Both the position numbers and the translations under genes were made by a program. A stretch of 64,000 nt of DNA from Patescibacteria group bacterium (GTDB lineage: Bacteria > Patescibacteriota > Minisyncoccia > Phycocordibacterales > PALSA-1337). The notes beneath the pieces are model-generated. The model was not told the DNA's origin and did not search any database. It saw nothing but the letters and a program-made list of their open reading frames with translations. Within the stretch, counting starts at the first letter, position 1; each line of letters starts with the position of its first letter. The DNA is taken from NCBI GenBank assembly GCA_038065395.1, contig JBBTRB010000002.1, forward strand, positions 50,647 to 114,646, given 5' to 3'. Shown here piece by piece: positions 9,805 to 19,941 of the stretch.

Positions 9805-10707
9805 ATGAAAAATATGATATACCATCGTGTCCCAAGGAAGTACCATCTACACTGGGATTGCCTCAGATACTCGATCGTTGTTTCGGTACACAATGACTGC
9901 ATTCGAACATTCAAAACAATCCCGATGACTTCTCCATGGGTGCAAGGCATCAGAGAAGCGCACTGTCCCGATCCGTTATTCTGTACGTTCCACCCTGATC
10001 TACAGGGTGAATTCTTTGGATTCGGCTCATGTATCCGCAAGACACATGTCCATAGAGACTACACCGAATTCATCATCGCTCTTCCACAGATACGAAAAGA
10101 TACTGGTCTTACCTGCCAGGAATGTGGTGGCACTGGTGAACACGATGTGCCACTTCGTAACTGCATCCATTGCCACGGGACTGGCAAAAAGATCAAGGAT
10201 GACTGGGACACTGCCTACCTCATCACATCGAATCTCAGCCTGATGCTCAACACGATTGAGGCATGTGAAGAGACTTCAACAACAGAGAGTCAACTAGCGA
10301 CTCTATCCGCTCTTTCACAACGATGCGAAAAAGGTAGTTCAGTAAGTGGAGTATTTGGAGCCGACCTCATGGATGTGCTCCGTACCGATCCCAAAATGGT
10401 GAGCCTCATGCTATTACCCAACGTCACAGATGCCATGATAACTGCAAACCAGCACATGATGGGTCCACGATGGGAAATGGGTCTGATAGGCACATCTCTC
10501 GAAGAAGGTCATCTTGCCTTCAACTCTGGATCAGAGGGACGCGGACTCAACCTATCAGGCACCATCGATGAGCCTGGTCGCGGCTGTAGGTTCAGTAGTC
10601 ACAATATCGACACCCCCGCCCAAGCCCTGACGATCATCGCTGGCATCGCTTCACTCGTTGGACAACTCACTATTCATGCCTCGGGACAAACAGCTGCCAC
10701 TTCGTGA
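9805..10707 (+). CDS. hypothetical Cys/His-rich protein with DnaJ-type CxxCxGxG zinc-finger pair
   Basis: CQECGGTGE...CIHCHGTGKK motif. Many additional Cys/His in the N-terminal 120 aa. Terminator downstream. Start codon uncertain. Confidence 0.4.
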   Translation: MKNMIYHRVPRKYHLHWDCLRYSIVVSVHNDCIRTFKTIPMTSPWVQGIREAHCPDPLFCTFHPDLQGEFFGFGSCIRKTHVHRDYTEFIIALPQIRKDTGLTCQECGGTGEHDVPLRNCIHCHGTGKKIKDDWDTAYLITSNLSLMLNTIEACEETSTTESQLATLSALSQRCEKGSSVSGVFGADLMDVLRTDPKMVSLMLLPNVTDAMITANQHMMGPRWEMGLIGTSLEEGHLAFNSGSEGRGLNLSGTIDEPGRGCRFSSHNIDTPAQALTIIAGIASLVGQLTIHASGQTAATS

Positions 10708-10760
10708 AAGCATAACTCTCTCACCTCGCACTCCTCTGTGCGAGTTTTTTAATGCAACAA

Positions 10761-10792
10761 AACCCTAAGTCTACCCTAGGGTCTTGTTTTTT
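10761..10792 (+). terminator. terminator hairpin (CCTAGG-family element) + T-run
   Basis: aaccctaagtctaccctagggtc followed by ttgttttttc. Confidence 0.4.
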
Positions 10793-10826
10793 CTAATTTC
10801 TAATTACCAATCTCTACTTTCGCTTC

Positions 10827-11390
10827 TTACTTCTTCCCTTTCTTGTCGTCTTCTTTCTTGAGTGGTAGACCGATGTGTTCGAGGAGAGCGAGAGTGTTCT
10901 TCTTGGAACGAGAGGTAGTGACGATCGTGATACTCATACCGAATACGTCCTTGAGATCTTCGTCGGAAGTCTCTGCGAAGATGGTGTGTTCCTTGATACC
11001 GATAGTGTAGTTGCCCATATCGTCGACAGAGTTGCGAGAGAGACCACGGAAGTCTTTGGTGCGAGGAAGAGCGATGTTGATCAGACGATCGAGGAATTCG
11101 TTCATGCGCTTGCCGCGGAGTGTGACCTGGTATCCGACAGGATCACCGACACGAGTCTTGAAGCTTGCGATAGCCTTCTTGGTAGCACGCATAGCTGGCT
11201 TCTGACCAGTGATACGAGCGAGACGATCTGCGATGAGCTCGATCTTCTTTTTGTCTTTGACAGAGCCGAAGCCACTCGAAATAACCACCTTGGAAAGCTG
11301 TGGAGCTTGCATCGGGTTCTTGATCGCAAGAGTATCCTTGAGCACCTTGAAAGAATCTTTATTGAGTTCGTATGTAGTCTTGTGAGTCAT
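10827..11390 (-). CDS. rplE: 50S ribosomal protein L5
   Basis: Full-length match to the uL5 pattern. Position after rplX. Confidence 0.95.
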   Translation of the reverse strand: MTHKTTYELNKDSFKVLKDTLAIKNPMQAPQLSKVVISSGFGSVKDKKKIELIADRLARITGQKPAMRATKKAIASFKTRVGDPVGYQVTLRGKRMNEFLDRLINIALPRTKDFRGLSRNSVDDMGNYTIGIKEHTIFAETSDEDLKDVFGMSITIVTTSRSKKNTLALLEHIGLPLKKEDDKKGKK

Positions 11391-11395
11391 GGGAT

Positions 11396-11641
11396 TTATT
11401 TAGCTTTCTTGGTCTTCTTGACCGCGTCTGTCTTGGCGACCTTGGATGCATAGAAAGGCATAGGACGGTCGACGACTTGACCTTTTTGGCCTTGTTTGCG
11501 AGGACGTTCATGCTTCTTGACGGTATTGATACCATCGATCAGGATCTTGCCCTCACGAGGGAAAGCTTCGGTGATAACGCCGGTCTTGCCTTTGTCATCG
11601 CCTGAGAGTATGAGAACTGTGTCGCCTTTCTTTACATGCAT
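11396..11641 (-). CDS. rplX: 50S ribosomal protein L24
   Basis: KOW motif: MHVKKGDTVLILSGDDKGKTG. Confidence 0.95.
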   Translation of the reverse strand: MHVKKGDTVLILSGDDKGKTGVITEAFPREGKILIDGINTVKKHERPRKQGQKGQVVDRPMPFYASKVAKTDAVKKTKKAK

Positions 11642-11658
11642 GGTAGTTATTGAAATTA

Positions 11659-12030
11659 TTATACGATCTCTGCCGCCTTTGAGGCGATAGTCTTGAAGCC
11701 TGCTTCGCCGATCTCGCGTGGGATCGGTCCGAAGATACGTCCTGCCATAGGCTCTTTCTTGCCCTTTTCGAGGATCACGACTGCATTCTCATCGAAACGG
11801 ATATACGAACCATCTTTGCGACGAACTGCCTTGGTCTGACGTACAACGACCGCATGGAGAACGTCTTTCTTTTTGACAGACTTGCGAGGCTCGGCCTTTT
11901 GGACTGACAATACCACGAGCTCACCGATCTCAGCATAACGCTTATGAGATGCGCCGAGTACTTTGAAAATACGGCCGATCTTTGCGCCGGAGTTGTCTGC
12001 TATGTTAACGATTGAGCGTGGTTGTATCAT
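11659..12030 (-). CDS. rplN: 50S ribosomal protein L14
   Basis: MIQPRSIVNIADNSGAK... is canonical uL14. Confidence 0.95.
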   Translation of the reverse strand: MIQPRSIVNIADNSGAKIGRIFKVLGASHKRYAEIGELVVLSVQKAEPRKSVKKKDVLHAVVVRQTKAVRRKDGSYIRFDENAVVILEKGKKEPMAGRIFGPIPREIGEAGFKTIASKAAEIV

Positions 12031-12039
12031 ATGAGTATA

Positions 12040-12303
12040 TTATGAAATGATCTTGAAAGCCTTGCGCTTTGAGATAGGTCGGCATGCCTGTACGGTAGCA
12101 GAGTCACCGATCTTCTTGGTGTTACCTGGATCATGAGCGAGGATCTTGAGACGCTTGGTCATGAACTTCTGGTACTTTGGGTGCTTGACGTATCGTGAGA
12201 TCATCACAACTGTGGTGTCCTTCATTTTGTCAGAAACAACCTTGCCCACAAAGGTTTGTGGCTTCTTGGTCTCGACTTTTGGTTGTGTTGTGGTGGATGC
12301 CAT
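12040..12303 (-). CDS. rpsQ: 30S ribosomal protein S17
   Basis: FVGKVVSDKMKDTTVVMISRYVKHPKY matches uS17. Operon position. Confidence 0.9.
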   Translation of the reverse strand: MASTTTQPKVETKKPQTFVGKVVSDKMKDTTVVMISRYVKHPKYQKFMTKRLKILAHDPGNTKKIGDSATVQACRPISKRKAFKIIS

Positions 12304-12339
12304 GTGAATGCTGATACTACTTGAGTTTAGCTATTTTGT

Positions 12340-12546
12340 CTATGCCTGTGCCTGCTTTTCTCTCTTTTGTGCAGAGAGGACAGTCATCATGCGAGCAATA
12401 TCCTTGCGGATAGTTCTGCCCTCTTTGACGTTCTTGGCCTTGGCGCCGACAGAGCCGAAGCGGAATGTTCTCAATGCCTCCTTTTTCTCAGCGATGAGCT
12501 GCTTGAGACTTTCTGGAGTTTTGGTTGTAAGTTCTTTCATGTTCAT
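12340..12546 (-). CDS. rpmC: 50S ribosomal protein L29
   Basis: 68-aa helical protein between rplP and rpsQ. Confidence 0.9.
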   Translation of the reverse strand: MNMKELTTKTPESLKQLIAEKKEALRTFRFGSVGAKAKNVKEGRTIRKDIARMMTVLSAQKREKQAQA

Positions 12547-12557
12547 AATAGTAGGTA

Positions 12558-12983
12558 TTATATGCGACTGACGATCTTGGTTTTGACCGGGAGTTTGGTG
12601 CCCGCCTTGCGGAGCGCCTCTACAGCGATCTTTGGTTCGACACCGTCAATCTCGAACATGATGCGTCCTGGACGAACTTCTGCGATAAAGCCAACAGGAT
12701 CTCCCTTGCCTTTACCCATTTTTACTTCGGCTGGCTTTTGAGTGAAAGGATGATCTGGGAAAATACGGATCCAGACTTTGCCAGACTTGGTCGCATATCG
12801 GGACATGACTTTGCGGGCAGCTTCGATCTGGTTCGAAGTGATACGTGAATACGCCATAGCCTTGATACCATAAGAACCAAAGGCAATATCAACACCGCGA
12901 GTCTCGTGTTTCTCGGCTTCCTTGACTGGGTGCTTGCGCTTGGTAAAACGCTTGCGATATTTTATTTTCTTAGGGAAAAGCAT
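12558..12983 (-). CDS. rplP: 50S ribosomal protein L16
   Basis: [13 protein letters not shown]...GKGKGDP matches uL16. Confidence 0.95.
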   Translation of the reverse strand: MLFPKKIKYRKRFTKRKHPVKEAEKHETRGVDIAFGSYGIKAMAYSRITSNQIEAARKVMSRYATKSGKVWIRIFPDHPFTQKPAEVKMGKGKGDPVGFIAEVRPGRIMFEIDGVEPKIAVEALRKAGTKLPVKTKIVSRI

Positions 12984-13004
12984 GGTATTTCTAATTATGA
13001 AAAA

Positions 13005-13673
13005 TTATTTTTGGTCTTTCTTGAAGATCTCACCCTTGTATATCCAGACCTTGATACCGATATCACCGTAAGTCATGTGAGCACGTTCACGGGCAAAGTC
13101 GATATCTGCACGGAGTGTCTGGAGTGGAATACGACCTTTCTTGAGAGACTCGGAACGAGCGATCTCCGCACCGCCGAGACGACCTCCCAGATAGATGCGC
13201 ACTCCCTGGACCTCTTTGTTGGCCATGACCTTTTCGATGGTTTGCTTCATAACACGGCGGAAAGGTAGACGCTTCTCGAGTGCCTCGGCGACCATCATAG
13301 CTGCAATAGCGGCATTGGACTCTGGGTTGCGGACTTCTTCGATGTCCACCTTGAAATCCTGGCCAACGAGCTCGACTTTGTTCTTGCGCAAAAGAGCGAG
13401 GAGCTTGGCACGGAGCTTGACGACTCCATCACCTGCCTTGCCGATGAGCATACCTGGACGTGAGGTCTTGATGATCACACGGAGAACCTTCTGAGTTCGT
13501 TCGATGTCGATACCACCGACGTAGTTGGCACGAAGAGCCTCCTGGAGATATTCACGGATCAGGATGTCAGCCTTGAGAGATGTGCGGTAGTTCTTGTGAA
13601 CACCGAACCAGCGACTCCTCCAATCACGGATGATGCCCAGGCGATGTGAATATGGATGTACGGTGTGTGACAT
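13005..13673 (-). CDS. rpsC: 30S ribosomal protein S3
   Basis: KH domain plus the uS3 C-terminal domain (GHPYSHRLGI..., GRLGGAEIARSE). Confidence 0.95.
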   Translation of the reverse strand: MSHTVHPYSHRLGIIRDWRSRWFGVHKNYRTSLKADILIREYLQEALRANYVGGIDIERTQKVLRVIIKTSRPGMLIGKAGDGVVKLRAKLLALLRKNKVELVGQDFKVDIEEVRNPESNAAIAAMMVAEALEKRLPFRRVMKQTIEKVMANKEVQGVRIYLGGRLGGAEIARSESLKKGRIPLQTLRADIDFARERAHMTYGDIGIKVWIYKGEIFKKDQK

Positions 13674-13681
13674 GGTATTGA

Positions 13682-14041
13682 TTAAATCTTAGCCTTCTTT
13701 GTAGCCTTTGGTTCTTTGACGGCCAAGGTCAGATGCACATGACTGGTGCGCTTCTTGATCGGATGAGCCGAACCTCGAGATACTGGCATAGAACGCTTGA
13801 GAACGAAGCCTTGGTTGACCATGATCTCTTTGACATAGAGAGAACTCTTGTCGATATTAAAATTGTTCTTGGCATTGGCAACTGCAGAATCGAGCAGATC
13901 ACCGAGTGGTGACTTGGCCTTCTTGACTACGAAGGTGAGGATGGCTTCGGCATCAGTGACCTTTTTGCCACGGATCATATCTGCGACCAGACGTACCTTA
14001 CGTGGAGTGATACGATAATTTTTGAGAGATGCCGTAATCAT
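13682..14041 (-). CDS. rplV: 50S ribosomal protein L22
   Basis: uL22 pattern. Operon position. Confidence 0.9.
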   Translation of the reverse strand: MITASLKNYRITPRKVRLVADMIRGKKVTDAEAILTFVVKKAKSPLGDLLDSAVANAKNNFNIDKSSLYVKEIMVNQGFVLKRSMPVSRGSAHPIKKRTSHVHLTLAVKEPKATKKAKI

Positions 14042-14046
14042 GGGAG

Positions 14047-14394
14047 TTATTTTGCAGAGGCAGTTGTAGCAGCTTCCTTGGCGGATTTTGCAGCAGCGAC
14101 TTCTGCTTCTTTGGCTTTGAGTTCGAGGTCCTTTTGCATCTTACCGCCATGGCGTACGAACTTGCGTGTCGGGGAGAATTCACCAAGACGATGTCCTACC
14201 ATGTCCTCGGTAGCGAGCACATCGATATGCATGCGGCCATTGTATACGCCGAACGTGAATCCGACCATCTCTGGTGAGATCTGAGAGCGACGTGACCAGG
14301 TCTTGATGACACCAGTCTCTGACGGCTTTTTGCCAGAAATCTTCTTGAGAAGATTCTCGTCGATATATGGTCCTTTCTTGAGTGATCGTGACAT
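14047..14394 (-). CDS. rpsS: 30S ribosomal protein S19 with about 25-aa K/A/E-rich C-terminal extension
   Basis: [12 protein letters not shown]...GHRLGEF matches uS19. The extension is [28 protein letters not shown]. Confidence 0.9.
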   Translation of the reverse strand: MSRSLKKGPYIDENLLKKISGKKPSETGVIKTWSRRSQISPEMVGFTFGVYNGRMHIDVLATEDMVGHRLGEFSPTRKFVRHGGKMQKDLELKAKEAEVAAAKSAKEAATTASAK

Positions 14395-14568
14395 AAAAAT
14401 GGCTCAAACGAGCGTCCAGGCATGTTAACAGGATCGGTATTAGAAGTCAAGAAATATAAGGGGTTCCTATCTGCGCATACCCAGTTTATTGACACATACA
14501 TATAATTGTATTAGTGTATTTATTGAATCTCATCGTTCGTTAACAAACCTTCAACCAAAAGGAATAGT

Positions 14569-15033
14569 ATGACTGGTAGAACTAAGGATATTATTTGGAC
14601 GAGTCTTTCGGGACTTGGCATCGTGACAATCACCGTTATCGCGAGATGGTTCGCGTTATTCTCCGAGTCAAAATTATTCACCACTTCATCACTAGGAGGC
14701 GTCGCTTTCTTGACATTCTTCTACTGGACCCTCTTGATTATCGTGATGTCGGCGATCATTTATGTCAATGGACGAAAGATCGGCGTAGGTAGACCAATGG
14801 ATCTGAGCTATCTGCGTGACCGTGAAGTGATACTGGTGCTAGCGAAATGTCGTACCGACGTCACTTACATCACCGCCAGGACAGAGCGAGACGAAGTAGT
14901 CCTGCTTTACAATGAGGGTCCCGACAAGTTCGGTGCTGTCCGATCAGGATACTCCTATCGGTATACCAATGGGGAATTGGAACTTATAACGAGTCGTGAT
15001 GCCAAAGTTGCAACTGCCTCGGTCGCCGATTGA
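14569..15033 (+). CDS. hypothetical membrane protein (3 TM) with soluble C-terminal domain
   Basis: Hydrophobic helices in the first 90 aa. The stop overlaps the start of the downstream histidine kinase (ATGA). Confidence 0.45.
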   Translation: MTGRTKDIIWTSLSGLGIVTITVIARWFALFSESKLFTTSSLGGVAFLTFFYWTLLIIVMSAIIYVNGRKIGVGRPMDLSYLRDREVILVLAKCRTDVTYITARTERDEVVLLYNEGPDKFGAVRSGYSYRYTNGELELITSRDAKVATASVAD

Positions 15034-15920
15034 GCCTCCTCACCACCTCCGTCCCCTGCCTCGCGCTCGGGACGGATTTTTATATTATAGGATTTATATA
15101 TATGAATGATATAATAAAGTACACACATACCATGAACATCCCTTTTACTATTCTCGCAGTGTCAGTCGGTATTCTGATCGGTCTCCTCATCAGATACCTC
15201 GGCAGAGCTGTCTCACACAAGATCAACGAGACCGAGAACCTCAAATACGAATTCATCACGATCATCGCTCACAAGTTCCGCACACCACTCACGCAGATCA
15301 AGTGGCTCTCTGAGGCACTTGTCGCCGAAGAGCAGGATTCCTATAAGAAACAGAGCCTACAAGAAGTCGGCCGTTCGACTCAGCAGCTCATCGACCTTAC
15401 GGGTACACTGGTTGAGCTCACTGACTCTGACAGCGACTCCCAGGCATCGTATACCTTCGAACGTACCAACGTCTGTGACCTGGTGCGGTCTGTTGCTGAC
15501 ACCTTCAAGAACACCTTCCATGAAAAGAATCTTTTCCTTGCCATCAACTGCGCCAACCCTGACCTCTTCGCCAATATCGACAAGCCGCGCATGGAATTCG
15601 TCATACAGACTCTGCTACAAAATTCCGTCACCTATTCCCCACCAGGCAGGAATGTCGAGGTGACTATATCTGCAGATAGTAGTCGTGTCGTCATCACCGT
15701 CCATGACAACGGCATCGGCATCGAAGCCAAAGACATCCCGAAGATCTTCACCAAATTCTTCCGCACCCCGATCGCAAAACAAACAGATACCGAGGGCTTC
15801 GGTGTAGGCCTCTATCTCGTCCGAGCCATCGTCCGTCGTCACAAAGGCTCCATCGAAGTCGCTTCTCCTGGCCTCGCCAAAGGCGCCACCTTCCAGATCA
15901 CGATACCAGAGGTGAAGTAG
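15030..15920 (+). CDS. sensor histidine kinase (single TM, HisKA + HATPase_c)
   Basis: H-box IIAHKFRTPLTQI. G-boxes VHDNGIGI and GFGVGLYLV. No response regulator adjacent. Confidence 0.8.
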   Translation: MSLLTTSVPCLALGTDFYIIGFIYMNDIIKYTHTMNIPFTILAVSVGILIGLLIRYLGRAVSHKINETENLKYEFITIIAHKFRTPLTQIKWLSEALVAEEQDSYKKQSLQEVGRSTQQLIDLTGTLVELTDSDSDSQASYTFERTNVCDLVRSVADTFKNTFHEKNLFLAINCANPDLFANIDKPRMEFVIQTLLQNSVTYSPPGRNVEVTISADSSRVVITVHDNGIGIEAKDIPKIFTKFFRTPIAKQTDTEGFGVGLYLVRAIVRRHKGSIEVASPGLAKGATFQITIPEVK

Positions 15921-15925
15921 TCGAA

Positions 15926-17287
15926 TTAACTAGAGATCGTAATAGTCTTGATAAATTCATCGAGTGGTTGTATCTGCCCAGAACCAGTGATATTAACTTT
16001 GAGAAATACGTTGTCAGGCATTGCGATGATATATGTTCTCCATCGGGACACGCCCGTAAATACTGGGACGATATCGCTGATCATAAAGAGGGGGTGTGCT
16101 TCTGAAGCTGTTTGACTCTGTGAACGTTCGTCGCCTCCAATCTGCATCCATTTACCAGACACATCGTTGAATGCATAAGTAATACTGCCAAATTTAGCAT
16201 CAATATCCGTATAACTATAACTCTTTGTATAATCAAGAGTGATCCGATCTCCCGAAGAACTTTGAGTCAGCACGACCTGACTATCGATATTGTTGGTCAT
16301 AGTCCATCCTGTAGGAATCTGGAACGATATTCCCCAGTCGTCTTTATGAAATGATATTGATGGGGATATATTTATGAGAGCATCACCAGGAGGTAATTTG
16401 GGAATCGAGATTGCCGAAAGAATTTGTTCTTCTGTCTTTTTTGAATTCTCCGTTAGAGCCACAGACATGACAGTGAAGTCGTATACGCAGTCTGTTCTAT
16501 AATACGCATCAGCAAAACCAACTGTCCATATGCCATCGGTACTAGGATCACAAGCAGATCGCTTAATAATAGCTACCCCGTCTCGAGGATGATCTGTATC
16601 TTGTGTCACTTTCTGAGTATTGTCCCTAAGTTGCACGAACCAAGCCTGACTCATATCTTTCAGATCGTGACCTTCTTCAAATTGCCAATCTGATGGATAT
16701 TTAACCGTAACACCCTGATGAGGGTTTGTGTATGTCTTCCAATCATTTGATGATTGACTTTGAGTCAAAGCCGTAGCCACAGGATCAAAATATCCATCTA
16801 ACCCTCCCACAAAAGCATCCCCTGTAGTGAGATTTACTTTGACTTTCGGAAGTGCTGGTGCAGAACCCTGTTCACCCTTGCACCCATTTCCGAACTTCCT
16901 ACTCACGGCATAGGTGACAAATCCTCCTTCACGGATACCGTCGAAATCAAGACATTCTGCTGTTGAAAAATCTTTCAAGTCTACAAGAATGACCCTTTGT
17001 GCAACTTCAAGTGTCTGTTTTTCAGAGAGGTATCCGAGTGTATTCTCATTCCCTGTCGTCTTCGAATAGTAATATCCCCCACCAAGTAACAATACGCCGA
17101 TAATAGCAATAATTGCAGGTGTTCCGAATCCTCTCTGATACTGCATGTTTGTATTCATGTCCATAATAGTATCTCTGCGTGCCCATTTACACAATGTACA
17201 GGCAAGTAGCATACAAAAATCCCTCCCGCTTTGGTGCAGGAGGGATTTTTGATTTTCTAGTCTGGCAATACTTTGTGGATGAACCAC
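15926..17287 (-). CDS. hypothetical secreted/membrane-anchored protein (453 aa)
   Basis: Single N-terminal TM (AIIAIIGVLLLGGGYYY). Lies between rplB and the HK on the opposite strand. Confidence 0.5.
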   Translation of the reverse strand: MVHPQSIARLENQKSLLHQSGRDFCMLLACTLCKWARRDTIMDMNTNMQYQRGFGTPAIIAIIGVLLLGGGYYYSKTTGNENTLGYLSEKQTLEVAQRVILVDLKDFSTAECLDFDGIREGGFVTYAVSRKFGNGCKGEQGSAPALPKVKVNLTTGDAFVGGLDGYFDPVATALTQSQSSNDWKTYTNPHQGVTVKYPSDWQFEEGHDLKDMSQAWFVQLRDNTQKVTQDTDHPRDGVAIIKRSACDPSTDGIWTVGFADAYYRTDCVYDFTVMSVALTENSKKTEEQILSAISIPKLPPGDALINISPSISFHKDDWGISFQIPTGWTMTNNIDSQVVLTQSSSGDRITLDYTKSYSYTDIDAKFGSITYAFNDVSGKWMQIGGDERSQSQTASEAHPLFMISDIVPVFTGVSRWRTYIIAMPDNVFLKVNITGSGQIQPLDEFIKTITISS

Positions 17288-17333
17288 TCTACAATATTCT
17301 TGATCAGGATTTTGATATTCCTTAACATGAAGA

Positions 17334-18188
17334 CTATGTCCTACTGGTCATGTTCTTGCCTGGCTGACGGCGAGAGACGATGAAGACGTTGGAGTATTTC
17401 TTCGGAGTACGAGTCTTCTGGCCTTTGCCGGCTGGCTTGCCCCAACGAGTCTTGAGACGGCGGAGACCTCGGCCTTGGCGTTGTTCACCTCCACCGTATG
17501 GGTGGTCAACTGGGTTCTGAGCGGTACCGCGAACTGTTGGGCGGATACCCATCCAGCGACTGCGACCGGCTTTGCCGATGTTGACGAGGCGGTTCTCTTC
17601 GTTCGAGACTGCACCGATACTTGCCCATGCATCTTCATGAATCTTGCGCACTTCGGTCGAAGGGAGCTTGATATGAGTGTAACCAGCATCGTTTGCGATA
17701 ACCTGAGCGAAGGATCCTCCGGAACGAACGAGTTTACTGCCACTGCCTGGCTTGATCTCGAGATTGTAAACGAAAGCACCAACAGGGATTTTCTTGAGTG
17801 GAAGACGGTTACCAGTCTCGATAGGGGCGTTCTCAGATACCATGAATGAGTTGCCGACTTTCATGGTCTTCGGGAGAAGTACGTAGCGCTTCTCACCGTC
17901 CTTGTAGGCAACGAGTGCGATGTAGCCAGTACGGAAAGGATCGTACTCGACAGTTTTGACCGTTGCACGGATATCACGCTTGTCGTACATGAAGTCGATC
18001 ATGCGATAGAGCTTCTGGTGTCCACCACCCTTGTGACGAACCGTGATACGGCCGAACGCATTGCGTCCCATATCGCGCTTGAAACCGAAGGTCAACGGCT
18101 TGTATGGCTCTGTAGCGGTCACATACTGCTTGAACGGCAGCGTGGTCATGTGGCGGCGTGATTTACTTGTTGGTCGGTATGATTTCAT
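17334..18188 (-). CDS. rplB: 50S ribosomal protein L2
   Basis: Canonical uL2 (GRNAFGRITVRHKGGGHQ..., NPVDHPYGGGE). Confidence 0.95.
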   Translation of the reverse strand: MKSYRPTSKSRRHMTTLPFKQYVTATEPYKPLTFGFKRDMGRNAFGRITVRHKGGGHQKLYRMIDFMYDKRDIRATVKTVEYDPFRTGYIALVAYKDGEKRYVLLPKTMKVGNSFMVSENAPIETGNRLPLKKIPVGAFVYNLEIKPGSGSKLVRSGGSFAQVIANDAGYTHIKLPSTEVRKIHEDAWASIGAVSNEENRLVNIGKAGRSRWMGIRPTVRGTAQNPVDHPYGGGEQRQGRGLRRLKTRWGKPAGKGQKTRTPKKYSNVFIVSRRQPGKNMTSRT

Positions 18189-18206
18189 GATGGTAATAAA
18201 ATGTCG

Positions 18207-18614
18207 TTATACAAAATTGATCGTCTCGCCTTTCTTGAGAGTGACGATGGCCTTGCGCACACCTGGCACAACACCGCGGCGACCACGGACGAATACGTTG
18301 CGAGATGGCTGGTTGAGAACAGTGACATGCACAGGAACCACCTTGTAGAGGGCCTGTACAGCCAATGAGATGGACTGCTTGTTCGCATCACGTGCAACCT
18401 GGAAGGTGTACTTACCACTCTGACTGAGGAGGCCTGACTTCTCGGTAACATGAGGGCGCAAGATAACATGAGTAGGGCCTGTTGTTACGGGAGCCTTGGT
18501 AGTTACAACTACTGCAACCTCCTTTTTCTCCTTCTTTGCACGAGGAGCCTTTGCAACCTTTGGGGTAGCTGCCTTCTTTTCTGTTGATTTCTTTGTTGTG
18601 CCGAATAATGCCAT
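18207..18614 (-). CDS. rplW: 50S ribosomal protein L23 with about 40-aa K/A-rich N-terminal extension
   Basis: The uL23 core begins near HVILRPHVTEKSG. The upstream extension has no internal Met. Confidence 0.9.
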   Translation of the reverse strand: MALFGTTKKSTEKKAATPKVAKAPRAKKEKKEVAVVVTTKAPVTTGPTHVILRPHVTEKSGLLSQSGKYTFQVARDANKQSISLAVQALYKVVPVHVTVLNQPSRNVFVRGRRGVVPGVRKAIVTLKKGETINFV

Positions 18615-18628
18615 GGTAGTGATTGAAA

Positions 18629-19297
18629 TTATGAAGTCTTGACCTTACCAGTAAGGGCCTTGAGCGACTCTGCTGGGTTGGCGATGACGAGATACTTGTG
18701 GTTCATGATCGAAACAGGGTTGATGTTGCGGAATTCTTCGACAGAAATATTGCCAAAGTTACGGAAACTCTTGGTGACTGCATCCTGCTTCTTGTCCATA
18801 GCGATCAGCGCAACGTTGGCTGGCTTGGTAGCGAGCTTTTCGTAACCTTTGATCTTGGAAAGAGACATGAGGATATTCTTGGCTTCCTGGGTCTTTGGTG
18901 CAGAGAATGTGACAGTATCAAGGAACAGGATCTCGCCATCTTTGAATTTGCGTGAAAGGACGGTGAAGAGGGCTTTGGTGCGAGTCTTTTTGTTGATCTT
19001 ACGAGAATAGTTCTGCGTATTGCGTGGTCCATGAGCAACGCCTCCACCAACCCAGATAGGAGAACGACTAGAACCGTGACGAGCGCGACCAGTACCCTTT
19101 TGTTTCCATGGCTTCTTACCTCCACCACGAACTTCTCCACGAGTCTTGGTATGAGCGATGTTGGTACGAGAGTTCGAGTTCATGAGACGGATGACTTCGT
19201 GAACGAGGTCGGCATTCCATGGCATATCGAAGATACCTGCAGGGAGAGTGAACTTGCCCGCTGATGTTCCCTTCTGATTGTAGAGTGTAGTTTCCAT
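18629..19297 (-). CDS. rplD: 50S ribosomal protein L4
   Basis: uL4 pattern. Between rplC and rplW. Confidence 0.9.
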   Translation of the reverse strand: METTLYNQKGTSAGKFTLPAGIFDMPWNADLVHEVIRLMNSNSRTNIAHTKTRGEVRGGGKKPWKQKGTGRARHGSSRSPIWVGGGVAHGPRNTQNYSRKINKKTRTKALFTVLSRKFKDGEILFLDTVTFSAPKTQEAKNILMSLSKIKGYEKLATKPANVALIAMDKKQDAVTKSFRNFGNISVEEFRNINPVSIMNHKYLVIANPAESLKALTGKVKTS

Positions 19298-19307
19298 GAA
19301 GATGATA

Positions 19308-19913
19308 TTATCCGACGATCTCTACCAAAGTTCCACGACGTCCTGGGACAGCCCCAGAAACATACATGATATTCTCGATAGGGTCAATATGAACGACCTT
19401 GAGATTCTTGACGGTGATGCGATCTGAACCCATGCGACCCGCCATGCGCATACCGACTGGTACACGAGTACGCAGACCTCCACCGATCGAACCCGGTTCG
19501 CGCTCGGAGTGCTTCTGACCGTGAGTGCGAGGTCCGCCGCCGAAACCGTGACGCTTGACGACACCTTGGAAGCCCTTACCTTTGGAAGTGGCACTGACAG
19601 TCACCATATCTCCAGAGTTGAACTGGGAGAGCTCGATCTTGTCGCCAACCTTCTGAGTTGGGTTGTCGATACGAAACTCGGTAACTGCAGCAAATCCACC
19701 AAGGTCTCTGAAGTGGCCCTTTTGTGCTTTGGATATACGTTCTACTTTGCGTGAGCCTTCTCCGATCTGCAGAGCTTCGTAACCGTCTTTGTCCTTGGTA
19801 CGAACCTGGGTGATCGTGTTAGCACGTACAGAAACCGCTGTTACAGGAACAGCCGCACCTTCTGGAGTGAAGATCTGTGTCATATTGAGTTTTCTTCCGA
19901 GAATGAATTTCAT
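19308..19913 (-). CDS. rplC: 50S ribosomal protein L3
   Basis: Canonical uL3 (GVVKRHGFGGGPRTHGQ). Confidence 0.95.
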   Translation of the reverse strand: MKFILGRKLNMTQIFTPEGAAVPVTAVSVRANTITQVRTKDKDGYEALQIGEGSRKVERISKAQKGHFRDLGGFAAVTEFRIDNPTQKVGDKIELSQFNSGDMVTVSATSKGKGFQGVVKRHGFGGGPRTHGQKHSEREPGSIGGGLRTRVPVGMRMAGRMGSDRITVKNLKVVHIDPIENIMYVSGAVPGRRGTLVEIVG

Positions 19914-19941
19914 GGTAGTTTTGGTTTCTGTCGTTCCTGCA

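Noticed and set aside
10875-11453. 192-aa ORF antisense to rplE/rplX
   Set aside because: It overlaps two canonical ribosomal protein genes and is spurious.
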